From positions 2,820 through 66,819 of the forward strand of contig PJMG01000006.1 in assembly GCA_003173895.1 (NCBI GenBank): a stretch of DNA of 64,000 nucleotides, in the 5' to 3' direction. Below, piece after piece: positions 38,057 to 46,541 of the stretch. Below the pieces are notes generated by a model. It ran no database searches. It had not been told where the DNA came from and was given only the letters and a program-made list of their open reading frames with translations. This stretch comes from Candidatus Levyibacteriota bacterium. GTDB taxonomy: Bacteria > Patescibacteriota > Microgenomatia > Levybacterales > UBA12049. Numbering within the stretch: the first letter of the stretch is position 1; each line of letters opens with the position of its first letter. The position numbers and the translations under genes are program-made.

Positions 38057-38605
38057 ATGCCAGAGGAAACCATTTCTACTTCAGAACAAAAAACTTATGG
38101 TTATGGAAAAAGACCTCTTTGGCAATGGATTCTTCTTTATGTGGTTATAGGAGCTATTATTTATGGAATTATTTATTATTTTGTTTTCTATAAAAAAGGT
38201 GGTTATAACTATACTTCTGGAAATTCTTATCAATACCCTACTACAGCAGCTCAGCAAGTTACTACGACTCAAACACCAACTGTTTCCATCAGTCCAAGTA
38301 CATCCACTGCTCCCAGTGGAACTATGATAGCCGAAAAAATTACAGTAACAGGAACTGAATTTGCATTTAATCCTTCTACTATAAATGCTAAAGTAAATGA
38401 ACCTATCACAGTTACATTTAAAAATGATGGAACTTATCCACATAATTTCACTATTAGTGAATTAAATGTAAAGACTAAAACTATTCAACCAGGCGAAGAA
38501 GATACCATCACTTTTACACCTACTAAAACTGGTTCATTCATTTATCTCTGCACAGTTCCCGGACATGCTGATCGTGGCATGAAAGGAACATTAATCGTTC
38601 AATAA
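38057..38605 (+). CDS. membrane-anchored type-1 copper cupredoxin (plastocyanin/azurin family)
   Basis: Cu ligands in YPHNF and YLCTVPGHADRGMKG (His, Cys, His, Met); N-terminal TM. Confidence 0.85.
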   Translation: MPEETISTSEQKTYGYGKRPLWQWILLYVVIGAIIYGIIYYFVFYKKGGYNYTSGNSYQYPTTAAQQVTTTQTPTVSISPSTSTAPSGTMIAEKITVTGTEFAFNPSTINAKVNEPITVTFKNDGTYPHNFTISELNVKTKTIQPGEEDTITFTPTKTGSFIYLCTVPGHADRGMKGTLIVQ

Positions 38606-38612
38606 GTCTTCT

Positions 38613-38966
38613 ATGCAAAATGCTAGAATAGTTAATATTTTTCTTCGCTTAAGTATTAGTAGTGTATTTTTTTATGCAGCTATCGCAGCGACTCTTCAAC
38701 CATATAATTGGGTTGGATATATTCCTACTCCATTAAGTACAATTGCGCCGACAAATATTTTACTTTTAGGATTTTCTTTATATCAATTAATTCTAGCTAT
38801 TTGGATTTTAAGTGGATGGAAAACTTTTTATTCTGCTCTATTTTCCAGTCTAACTTTAATAGCAATTATCGTAGCTAATTTTTCAGACATAGATATTTTA
38901 TTTCGTGACTTTGCTATCTTCTTTTCCTCAGTAGCTTTAGCTATCGGGTCATATAAGAAAAAATAA
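38613..38966 (+). CDS. small 4-TM membrane protein
   Basis: 117 aa, hydrophobic; 8 nt after the cupredoxin stop. Confidence 0.5.
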   Translation: MQNARIVNIFLRLSISSVFFYAAIAATLQPYNWVGYIPTPLSTIAPTNILLLGFSLYQLILAIWILSGWKTFYSALFSSLTLIAIIVANFSDIDILFRDFAIFFSSVALAIGSYKKK

Positions 38967-38974
38967 AGTAACTT

Positions 38975-40000
38975 TTAATTATTCCTTTTAGGTTTACGTC
39001 TACCACCCCATTCATCATTTAAATCTTTACTAAAAGTATTTCTTTTTGGTAATAATTTCTTAGACAGAATATTTTCTCTATCTGGAATATAATCACTATT
39101 AATACTTAAACTTTTTAAAAAATTCCAATAGTCATTAGTTAATTCCTCAGGTTGAAGTTTTAAAGTAGAGTTGAAATATTCTTCGCTATTAGGGTCTGAT
39201 TTTTTTTTAAGTCTTATTAGAAAAGCTGGATATTCTTTTTCTTCTAGAACATATTCCACTTCTAAATTTTGTTTAACTCGATCATTTATCGTAATTAATT
39301 CTCTTAAGAAATCTAGTCTTTTTTTAATTTGCCTAAAAGATACCTCTGAATCATTATCTTTAAGCTTCATTGTTAAAAGCACCAATTCATCTATAAAACA
39401 AGCACTCCAAATTAAAGGATTTTCTGTCATTGCTTCATAATTTTCTATTAATTTTAGAATATAATTTAGATTTTGGGTGTCTAAAAATAAATCTGATATA
39501 TGAGTTCCTATGTGAAGAGTACCCCATATGCCTTCTTGAACTTTAAGTTCTATTATTATCCTATTGTGAGAATAATTATCTATAAAACCCTTATAAGGCT
39601 CTCTAAATGACGTCCTTATTCCTGGCAGAGAAGGTGGATTATTCTCCTGCCTTTCATTAAGTATCTCCAAAGCTAACAATCTCTTCCATAGATTTCTTTG
39701 ACGATCTCCTTTTAATCCAACGTTAGATAAAAGATCTATGGCCCTCGCTTGCACTATCCATCCTAATCTTCTGGTTCTTTCTAATTCTGTTTCTTCATCT
39801 ATTTTTATTGTTAAATCATCTACTTGTTCACTAAAATTTAGTAGTTTTTTTAATAGCTCTTTTTGGATATCTGGGTTTAATTCATTAGTGATTTCTTTTG
39901 TTTGTTCATATGTATGATACGTTATATATTGTAGATATGCTGGTCTGTTATCGCGAGAAACATTAATGTTGTTTAATTTTGGAAATGTATCTTCTATCAT
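38975..40000 (-). CDS. hypothetical protein
   Basis: 341-aa ORF, no family recognised. Confidence 0.6.
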   Translation of the reverse strand: MIEDTFPKLNNINVSRDNRPAYLQYITYHTYEQTKEITNELNPDIQKELLKKLLNFSEQVDDLTIKIDEETELERTRRLGWIVQARAIDLLSNVGLKGDRQRNLWKRLLALEILNERQENNPPSLPGIRTSFREPYKGFIDNYSHNRIIIELKVQEGIWGTLHIGTHISDLFLDTQNLNYILKLIENYEAMTENPLIWSACFIDELVLLTMKLKDNDSEVSFRQIKKRLDFLRELITINDRVKQNLEVEYVLEEKEYPAFLIRLKKKSDPNSEEYFNSTLKLQPEELTNDYWNFLKSLSINSDYIPDRENILSKKLLPKRNTFSKDLNDEWGGRRKPKRNN

Positions 40001-40115
40001 AGTTCCGTATTTTACTAAAACTTAAGTTCAATTACAATTTAACTTTTATATTAATTCTCTGTTAAAAAAAAGCCGAGTTTCCTCGACTTTTTTATTTTGA
40101 ATTTTGAAGAAATAT

Positions 40116-40658
40116 TTATTTTCCTTCAACCACTTTAGCCATTTTATCTAGAGATGTAGCCCAACCTTCTCTCATTCCACTCTTTATCATTCCTTCATAC
40201 ATCTGATCATTTTCTGCTGTGTAAATGATAGAAAGTTTAGTCTTTACTTGCCCTTTCGAAGCCATAGGCGAAGTAGGGCCATCTTCCTCAAAATCCTCAA
40301 ACTTTACTAGAACAGTCATTTCTTTTGGCATATCAGGACCTTGTCCTTCTTCTGTAGGATCTATCATGTTACCTTCAGAATCTGAGAAATAATCAGTCAC
40401 GACTAATTTTTCATTTGGAACTATTTCCTTATATATACCAGCACTATACATGTCTTTATCCCACTCTGATCCAGCAGGTCCATGCATAGCGTAAATGTAT
40501 TTACCACCGACTCTAAAATCAACTTTTACAGATGGTGCGTAAAATCCTTCTGGTCCCCACCACTCTTTTACCATTTCAGGATCTGTCCATGCTTTCCAAA
40601 CCATTTCTCTTGGTGCGTTAAAAATGCGTTCAATTATTATTTGTTTTTTCTCATCCAT
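40116..40658 (-). CDS. SRPBCC-superfamily AHSA1 (Aha1-like) domain protein
   Basis: IIIERIFNAPREMVWKAWTDPEMVKEWWGPEGF; start set at ATG 40658 (SD GGGGGTGA 7 nt upstream); the track's 40670 start is a GTG inside the SD. Confidence 0.85.
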   Translation of the reverse strand: MDEKKQIIIERIFNAPREMVWKAWTDPEMVKEWWGPEGFYAPSVKVDFRVGGKYIYAMHGPAGSEWDKDMYSAGIYKEIVPNEKLVVTDYFSDSEGNMIDPTEEGQGPDMPKEMTVLVKFEDFEEDGPTSPMASKGQVKTKLSIIYTAENDQMYEGMIKSGMREGWATSLDKMAKVVEGK

Positions 40659-40682
40659 TTTATCTCTCACCCCCTCTCAAAC

Positions 40683-40725
40683 GTCATCCTGAGTTTCAAC
40701 GAAGGATCTATATTTTCAGAATGAC
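40683..40725. repeat. hairpin-repeat units in the ArsR-AHSA1 intercistronic gap
   Basis: GTCATCCTGAGTTTCAACGAAGGATC plus CAGAATGAC; 3 nt downstream of the ArsR stop. Confidence 0.65.
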
Positions 40726-40727
40726 AA

Positions 40728-41051
40728 TTATTTATCTCGTTTGGTTTTTTCTAACATTTTTTCTAATCTCTCTAATCTATCTTCCCAAAGGTTTCTATAT
40801 TTCTCAAGCCAAGCATCCAAATCTTTAAAAACTTTAGGTGAAAGATTATAAATTCTTTTATTTTTTATAGGTTTTACTTCTACTATTCCTGCATCTGCGA
40901 GAATTTTTAGATGTTTAGAAGTCTGTGGTTGGTTAAGTTTTAATTTTTCTGCTATTTGATTTACTGTGTATGGATTTTTACTAAGAAGTTCAACTATGTT
41001 TAATCTATTCGGCTCCCCAAGTGTATTAAATATAGCAGGATTAATGGTCAT
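40728..41051 (-). CDS. ArsR/SmtB-family transcriptional regulator
   Basis: FNTLGEPNRLNIVELLSKNPYTVNQIAEKLKLNQPQTSKHLKILADAGIV; start moved to ATG 41051 because the track N-terminus (TTG at 41087) lies on the promoter. Confidence 0.85.
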   Translation of the reverse strand: MTINPAIFNTLGEPNRLNIVELLSKNPYTVNQIAEKLKLNQPQTSKHLKILADAGIVEVKPIKNKRIYNLSPKVFKDLDAWLEKYRNLWEDRLERLEKMLEKTKRDK

Positions 41052-41057
41052 AATTAA

Positions 41058-41087
41058 TATATACCATATTAGGAATATTCCTGTCAA
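41058..41087 (-). promoter_or_regulatory. ArsR promoter with embedded 12-bp perfect palindrome AGGAATATTCCT (41071-41082)
   Basis: minus strand TTGACA (41082-41087), 18-nt spacer containing the palindrome, TATATA (41058-41063), 6 nt to ATG 41051. Confidence 0.5.
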
Positions 41088-41093
41088 GGAATA

Positions 41094-41957
41094 TTATCGT
41101 TTGTTTTGAGATTTTTGTAGTATTAAACGAAGAATTAATCCTGAAATATATAAAAAAGCTTCTGTGTCTTCAATGCTTGGAATAAAATTATCGTTATTAC
41201 CAGCATGCCTTCCAAATTCTTTACTAAGTTCTTTATATGAGTTAAATATTTTTTTCCACTCTTTATCTAAACCTAAAGTATCTACTAATTGATTAAAATT
41301 ATTGTCAAAAGATCCCTTAAAAGAATTTAAGTATTCCTGAGTAAGCTTCTCTACTGATTGAAAAGCATTACTAATAGTATCCTTTCTTTTAATTGCGTTT
41401 TGTAGAGACTGAGAATAGTTATCTAAAGCATTCTTATATAGAATTTGAATTTTTTTATTATTCTCTAACCATTTTAAAACATCTTCAATTAATTTTTCAT
41501 CAAATTCTTCTACTCCCTCTGGATAGAATTTCCCATTTCTCCATGTCACACCTAATGATAGTGGTTGATTTAAAGCTAATTGAATAACAGATTCAATATT
41601 TTGAAGCCAACTACCTTTTTCATATTCATTTGAATTATAGAAATAATCGTAAATAACTTCAATTAAAAGTAATGTGTTTTCAAAATTACCTTCTGTAAAA
41701 ATAGCATATGAAGGCATATAAATCTCAAAATTATAAGAACCCCTATTTTTATTTCTAATAATTTCAGTTGGATTATAGTTAAATTCTATAGCAATAAAAT
41801 CAAACATGTTTTTACTATACTCTGTATAATATGGACCATCTTTTTTATCTAAAGGTTCTATTAAGTAATGTTGTACAATATTTATAAAATTAATTTTAAG
41901 TTCTTTTATATTAATTTCTTGACCAAATCTTTTTTTAAAATCAAAAATTTTTCTCAT
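41094..41957 (-). CDS. hypothetical protein
   Basis: 287-aa ORF; helical C-terminal half with FGRHAGNND; no confident family. Confidence 0.6.
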   Translation of the reverse strand: MRKIFDFKKRFGQEINIKELKINFINIVQHYLIEPLDKKDGPYYTEYSKNMFDFIAIEFNYNPTEIIRNKNRGSYNFEIYMPSYAIFTEGNFENTLLLIEVIYDYFYNSNEYEKGSWLQNIESVIQLALNQPLSLGVTWRNGKFYPEGVEEFDEKLIEDVLKWLENNKKIQILYKNALDNYSQSLQNAIKRKDTISNAFQSVEKLTQEYLNSFKGSFDNNFNQLVDTLGLDKEWKKIFNSYKELSKEFGRHAGNNDNFIPSIEDTEAFLYISGLILRLILQKSQNKR

Positions 41958-42040
41958 AGCAAAAGTATTATAATCTTAAATTAAGATATTATCATTATTA
42001 AAAAACTGCCAGCAAAGCCAGCAGTTTTAATATTAAGAAC

Positions 42041-42115
42041 GAGATCCTTCGACTCCTTAGGTTTCACTCAGGATAAGTTCGCTCGGGATGACAATTTTGA
42101 ACAAGACAGAATGAC
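42041..42115. repeat. hairpin-repeat units downstream of the YCII-like gene
   Basis: GAGATCCTTCGACTCCTTAGGTTTCACTCAGGATAAGTTCGCTCGGGATGAC ... CAGAATGAC; ends 4 nt from the stop at 42119. Confidence 0.65.
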
Positions 42116-42118
42116 AAT

Positions 42119-42463
42119 TTATTGTTTAATCATTCCATTCATATCCCACATTTCATGAACATCGATTTCTCCACCTGGTCTATCTAAATGTGGATTATCT
42201 TTTAAGAGATTAACTGCAGTATCAATATCTTCTGCTTGGACGATATCATAGGCCACTAGTGATGCATCTCCTGGCATAACATCACTTTTAGTTAATTTCA
42301 TCGCGTGTGTCACAGGACTTCCTTTATCCACTACAGCATCCCCTACCTTAGCGAACCAATCCATCCATGGCTTCATACCAGCTTGCATTTGTTCTGGTGT
42401 AGCACTTTGCATTTTTTCTCGCTCTTCAGCTGTGGCAAAAAATAAAACTAAAAATTTTTTCAT
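42119..42463 (-). CDS. YCII/DGPF-related small protein (weak)
   Basis: 114 aa, MKKFLVLFFATAEE..SATPEQMQAGMKPWMDWFAKVG; SD GAGGTGA 6 nt upstream. Confidence 0.45.
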   Translation of the reverse strand: MKKFLVLFFATAEEREKMQSATPEQMQAGMKPWMDWFAKVGDAVVDKGSPVTHAMKLTKSDVMPGDASLVAYDIVQAEDIDTAVNLLKDNPHLDRPGGEIDVHEMWDMNGMIKQ

Positions 42464-42545
42464 ATATAATCACCTCGAATTCCTAGATTAAAATCTATAA
42501 ATAATGAGATGCCGAATATTTTTTAGAATATTAGGCGCCTTCACT

Positions 42546-42956
42546 TTACCCTTGAGGTTTATCTGCTTGGAAACCCCAATTAAATCCATATTTATCAGTT
42601 ACCCCACCATAGAAACCAAAAAAAGTTTCTTGAAAAGGTTGAGTTATCTTTCCACCTTCGGATAATTTATTAAAGAATCCTTCTATCTCTTCTTTGGTTC
42701 CGCCACTTAAAGTAAGGGTTACATTAGTTCCCATTTGAACACTATCACCCATCATGATATCTGATGCCATAAGAACTAATCCGTTAGCTTTAAGCTCTGA
42801 GTGCATAACCCAATTTTCTTTGCCTGGCATTTGAGCCGCCATAGGAGAATCACCGACTAAAGAAATATTTAATTCTCCACCTAAGGCGGATTTATAAAAT
42901 TCCATCGCTTCTTTACAATTTCCATTAAATGAAAGATATGGAGTAAGTATCGTCAT
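42546..42956 (-). CDS. VOC-superfamily protein, PhnB-like
   Basis: TPYLSFNGNCKEAMEFYKSALGGEL..HSEL..GVTDKYGFNWGF; SD GGGAGGTGA 6 nt upstream. Confidence 0.8.
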   Translation of the reverse strand: MTILTPYLSFNGNCKEAMEFYKSALGGELNISLVGDSPMAAQMPGKENWVMHSELKANGLVLMASDIMMGDSVQMGTNVTLTLSGGTKEEIEGFFNKLSEGGKITQPFQETFFGFYGGVTDKYGFNWGFQADKPQG

Positions 42957-43003
42957 AATTATTCACCTCCCTTCAAAAAAAGATTAAAAATAAATTCTAA
43001 TAA

Positions 43004-43366
43004 TTATTTCTCGCCTTCCCATGGAGTCATAAGTTGGAAATAGTTTCCGTCTGGATCTGCAAAAGTAGCTATCCACATTTTTTCTAGTTCATAAGGCTCT
43101 TTAATGACTGTAGCACCAATATTTTTTATTCTTTCAAATTCCTCCTTAACTTCTTTAGTTTCAAAATTAAATATTAAACGCTGAGGTTCTTTAGCTTTAT
43201 CTTTCACTTCTGAATGAGCACCAACGCTAAAAAAAACACTTCCTACTGACCAACCATGCCAGTCACCTTCTGCCATGTCTGCTGGCTTACCAAAAACTTT
43301 TTCATAAAAATCAGCTAAGACTTGTGGTTGAGAAGATCCAACCATGATGGAATTTAAATTTAACAT
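43004..43366 (-). CDS. VOC/glyoxalase-family protein
   Basis: 120 aa; FADPDGNYFQLMTPW C-terminal motif. Confidence 0.7.
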   Translation of the reverse strand: MLNLNSIMVGSSQPQVLADFYEKVFGKPADMAEGDWHGWSVGSVFFSVGAHSEVKDKAKEPQRLIFNFETKEVKEEFERIKNIGATVIKEPYELEKMWIATFADPDGNYFQLMTPWEGEK

Positions 43367-43379
43367 AACTAAAACTACT

Positions 43380-43802
43380 TTATAATAAACTAAAAACTAT
43401 CCCCATTACAAGAAGTAAAATTAGGTAATATCCAGCATTTATTAACCAGAGTCTAAAAGATTTATTACCGGCTAAAACTTCATTTAATGTAACTGGTGCT
43501 ATAAATCCTAACCAATTTACAAATCCCACCATAAGTCCCGCTGAGATACCATAAATTTTTAAATATACTGAAGCAAAAATAAGAGCATGATCTAAAATAA
43601 ATGCCATCAAGAGTGCTCCTATAAACATAAGAGTATACATTCTAGCCATCACAGATCCTGAAGCTTTAGAATTATCTGATTTTAGACTAGATAATTTAAT
43701 CCATTTTTTTCCAAAAAGAGGTCCATACCAGAGGAAACCTAAAACCATACTTAAAATAGCATTTATAAGAACTCCTAAATAATCTACAGGGACCATTACC
43801 AT
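43380..43802 (-). CDS. DUF1761 membrane protein
   Basis: GFLWYGPLFGKKWIKL, 4 TM, 140 aa. Confidence 0.7.
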   Translation of the reverse strand: MVMVPVDYLGVLINAILSMVLGFLWYGPLFGKKWIKLSSLKSDNSKASGSVMARMYTLMFIGALLMAFILDHALIFASVYLKIYGISAGLMVGFVNWLGFIAPVTLNEVLAGNKSFRLWLINAGYYLILLLVMGIVFSLL

Positions 43803-43823
43803 AATTTAAATGTATAAATATTT

Positions 43824-44414
43824 TTAGACCTTGTCAATATTTGATTTGTAGTATAAAAGTATATTTCCATTTTTAAACTCGCGAGTTTTAGTAAGTTTTA
43901 AATTTAATTTTTCCTCTAATCCTTCAAATAATTTCGCTCCTTTATTAATAACTACCGGATTTATCATAATTCTAAATTCATCGATTAAGCCTAGTTTAGT
44001 TAAGGAAACTAATAATTTATTACTCCCTAAAATTGCTATGGATTTACCTTCTGTATTTTTTAGTTTTTTAATTTCTTCTTTTACATTTTCAGAAATTAGT
44101 TTCACATTTTTCCAATTTTCTGTTTCCGTTACATGACCTAGTGTACTTGAAACTACTACTTTAGGAAAAGTATTCATTAAGTGTGCAACTATGGCATCAT
44201 TAGGATCTGCAGACTCATTAGGTTGATAAGTAGGCCAAAAAGATTCCATCAGCTGATACGTGATCTTACCAAATAAAATAGTGTCTGCTTCCTTCATTTG
44301 GTCCGCAGCAAATTCGTTAAATTCAGCGTCCACATTATGCCAAGATAAATCATGATCCACTCCTTCAAAAAATCCATCTAAAGAGATCATCATGAATAAA
44401 AATATTTTCCTCAT
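43824..44414 (-). CDS. dihydrofolate-reductase-like (RibD C-terminal domain) protein
   Basis: MRKIFLFMMISLDGFFEG..ILFGKITYQLMESFWP; start moved to ATG 44414 (TATATT 6 nt upstream); the track extension covers repeat and promoter DNA. Confidence 0.8.
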   Translation of the reverse strand: MRKIFLFMMISLDGFFEGVDHDLSWHNVDAEFNEFAADQMKEADTILFGKITYQLMESFWPTYQPNESADPNDAIVAHLMNTFPKVVVSSTLGHVTETENWKNVKLISENVKEEIKKLKNTEGKSIAILGSNKLLVSLTKLGLIDEFRIMINPVVINKGAKLFEGLEEKLNLKLTKTREFKNGNILLYYKSNIDKV

Positions 44415-44467
44415 AAAACTAATATAGCAAAATATAAATGTCTTTGCGAACAAGTTTCTAAACTGGT

Positions 44468-44515
44468 GAAGCAATCTTATCGAGATCGCCACGTCGTAAA
44501 CTCCTCGCGAAGACG
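44468..44515. repeat. hairpin-repeat unit (CTCGCGAAGAC variant)
   Basis: GAAGCAATCTTATCGAGATCGCCACGTCGTAAACTCCTCGCGAAGACG. Confidence 0.45.
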
Positions 44516-44540
44516 TAATAAATCTTTCAATTTTTAACTA

Positions 44541-44569
44541 TTGCTACTTGAATACTTTAGGCCTATAAT
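44541..44569 (+). promoter_or_regulatory. promoter, leaderless configuration
   Basis: TTGCTA, 17-nt spacer, TATAAT (44564-44569), 8 nt to ATG 44578. Confidence 0.5.
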
Positions 44570-44577
44570 CGCTTATT

Positions 44578-44796
44578 ATGGATCCAGAAACCTTTGCTCA
44601 AATTCTGACAACAATTACAGAAGTTGATGAACCTCCATTCGCAGAGACTAATGTACGAAGAGCGTTACGAATATTACAAATTAGAACTGCTTGGTTAGAA
44701 TTTATGGCTAATATTTTTAATAGATTTGATAGTTTTAATCAAATTCAAACTCCTAATCTTTTTATGCAACTCCCTCCTCCCGAAGAACCAAAGTAA
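44578..44796 (+). CDS. hypothetical protein (orphan)
   Basis: 72-aa ORF with its own promoter. Confidence 0.5.
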   Translation: MDPETFAQILTTITEVDEPPFAETNVRRALRILQIRTAWLEFMANIFNRFDSFNQIQTPNLFMQLPPPEEPK

Positions 44797-44802
44797 ATTA
44801 AC

Positions 44803-44831
44803 TTGACTCTAATTTTATCGATTGTTATATT
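44803..44831 (+). promoter_or_regulatory. promoter, leaderless configuration
   Basis: TTGACT, 17-nt spacer, TATATT (44826-44831), 6 nt to ATG 44838. Confidence 0.55.
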
Positions 44832-44837
44832 TAAACT

Positions 44838-45263
44838 ATGGCAGAAGAAGAATATTTAAGCTCCCCTCATCCCCTAGCGGATTTTATGGCTTCAAATATC
44901 ATGAATAAAATGAGACAAAGAGTCTCTACTCCAGAGGGGCAATCTTACACTCTAAATTATGCAGTTTACGATGCTTTAGATCATGCCGTTTGGGCAACTG
45001 ATTCTAAACGTTTTGCTGGAGATCTTATAGAAGAATTAAAGTTAACACCAGATCAAATAACTCAGGGTGGACTTACTTTAAGACTAGAGGATTTTAAGAG
45101 TTGGAAAGATTATTATAGAGAAATGAGTTTTATTATTTTATCTCATCATATAATAACAAATGCTAATCCAGCTGATAAAGCTCTTATTGAAGAAAGATTT
45201 AAGAAAGAATGGGAAATAATGCGCGGTAATTTTCCACTAGACCCTAGAAGAACTTCTAAATAA
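44838..45263 (+). CDS. hypothetical protein (orphan)
   Basis: 141-aa ORF with its own promoter. Confidence 0.55.
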   Translation: MAEEEYLSSPHPLADFMASNIMNKMRQRVSTPEGQSYTLNYAVYDALDHAVWATDSKRFAGDLIEELKLTPDQITQGGLTLRLEDFKSWKDYYREMSFIILSHHIITNANPADKALIEERFKKEWEIMRGNFPLDPRRTSK

Positions 45264-45282
45264 ATATTTATTAATTTGGATC

Positions 45283-45873
45283 TTATTTTAGTATTAATAA
45301 AACAAGGGCTAATACTGCCATACCAAAATCTTCCATTAAAGTAACATAAGTTAGTGGAACTTTTAAAAATGTACCTAAACATGCACATGTAAATTTTTCA
45401 TGTTTTAGAAGTTTTATTAAAACCCCTACTCCGCTAAATATCATGATAATTATTTCCAAAAATAATATTAATTTAATTTGAAAGTTTAATATCATAGTTA
45501 GTGCGAAAAATAATTCGATAAAAGGATATATATAACCATAAGAGTAGATTTTTTGAGCTAAGAGATCATAGGTAGAATAACCTTCAGCAAAACCTGCTAG
45601 ATCTATAAGTTTAAACCCTGAGAAAACTAAGAAAAACCCTATCATAAATGTAGAAATAAAATATTTTAAAGAAAATCCCGCAGCATAAGAAATAGTTAAA
45701 GAAGTCAAAGTAATTAAAGAAATAATTATAATTAAAGGCTTATAATTTTTATTTTTATTTTGTTTTTTACTAGATAAGGACTCTTTCAAAACTAACTTCA
45801 TACCACATTTAGGACACTTACCCGGATTTTTGCTTTCAATTTCCGGATGCATAGGGCATGTATAAATAGGCAT
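45283..45873 (-). CDS. heavy-metal-binding (YTCPMHPE..CPKCGM) domain fused to a MauE/DoxX-like membrane domain
   Basis: N-terminal IYTCPMHPEIESKNPGKCPKCGMKLV; 4-5 TM; FTCACLGTFLKVPL. Confidence 0.65.
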   Translation of the reverse strand: MPIYTCPMHPEIESKNPGKCPKCGMKLVLKESLSSKKQNKNKNYKPLIIIISLITLTSLTISYAAGFSLKYFISTFMIGFFLVFSGFKLIDLAGFAEGYSTYDLLAQKIYSYGYIYPFIELFFALTMILNFQIKLILFLEIIIMIFSGVGVLIKLLKHEKFTCACLGTFLKVPLTYVTLMEDFGMAVLALVLLILK

Positions 45874-45942
45874 AATATTATCATAACATATGAGTCAAAC
45901 TAGATATTTACAATCTATAAAATTTTCTGCGATACTAATTCT

Positions 45943-46536
45943 ATGCACAGAAGAAAATTAAATACTTCTTCAAACACTTTTCTAAAACCTTTTTGGATTA
46001 CTTTAGGCGTTATTATTCTTTTAATTATTTTTTTTATCTTAGGATATCATTTTAGTCGGAAACCATCTTCTACTTCATCTCAAATGTTTGCTGCGCCAAC
46101 TAACACTTATTTATTTGATATAGGAAATAAAAAAATTACGCTAAATAACCATTTATTAGCTTTTAAAAATAGTTCATATAAAGCCAGTCATGGATCTGAA
46201 GTAGCTACTATAACTAACTTAACTATTAATCCCTCAGGAACTAGAGCTACAGCTATATTAATAGATAGCCCTGGAGGAACAGGAACATTTTATTATCTAA
46301 TAGGTGGAGTGTTAAAAAATGGTCAGGAAATATATTCTAAGCCTGTGCTTTTAGGAGATAGAATTAAAATAAAATCACTAAGTGTATATGAACCACAGGC
46401 TCATGATAATGGAATAATTACTGTTCAATATTTAGACAGACCAGCGAGTGCACCTATGCTAACTATGCCTACAATACAAATATTAAAACAATTTGCCTTT
46501 GAGGACAATGGAAATTTAATAGAAGTACTTCATTAA
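45943..46536 (+). CDS. membrane-anchored hypothetical protein
   Basis: 197 aa with N-terminal TM; TTACAA-N17-GATACT 6 nt from the ATG; immediately precedes the MacA-like gene. Confidence 0.55.
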   Translation: MHRRKLNTSSNTFLKPFWITLGVIILLIIFFILGYHFSRKPSSTSSQMFAAPTNTYLFDIGNKKITLNNHLLAFKNSSYKASHGSEVATITNLTINPSGTRATAILIDSPGGTGTFYYLIGGVLKNGQEIYSKPVLLGDRIKIKSLSVYEPQAHDNGIITVQYLDRPASAPMLTMPTIQILKQFAFEDNGNLIEVLH

Positions 46537-46541
46537 ATACT

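Noticed and set aside
38081-38443. 120-aa minus-strand track ORF
   Set aside because: It is antisense to the cupredoxin gene, which has clear copper-ligand motifs.
42002-42028. AAAACTGC-N11-GCAGTTTT hairpin as an intrinsic terminator
   Set aside because: The stem is only 8 bp, half A-T, with an 11-nt loop containing a GCCAGC direct repeat. That is too weak to call, and the adjacent repeat units are the more likely 3'-end structure.
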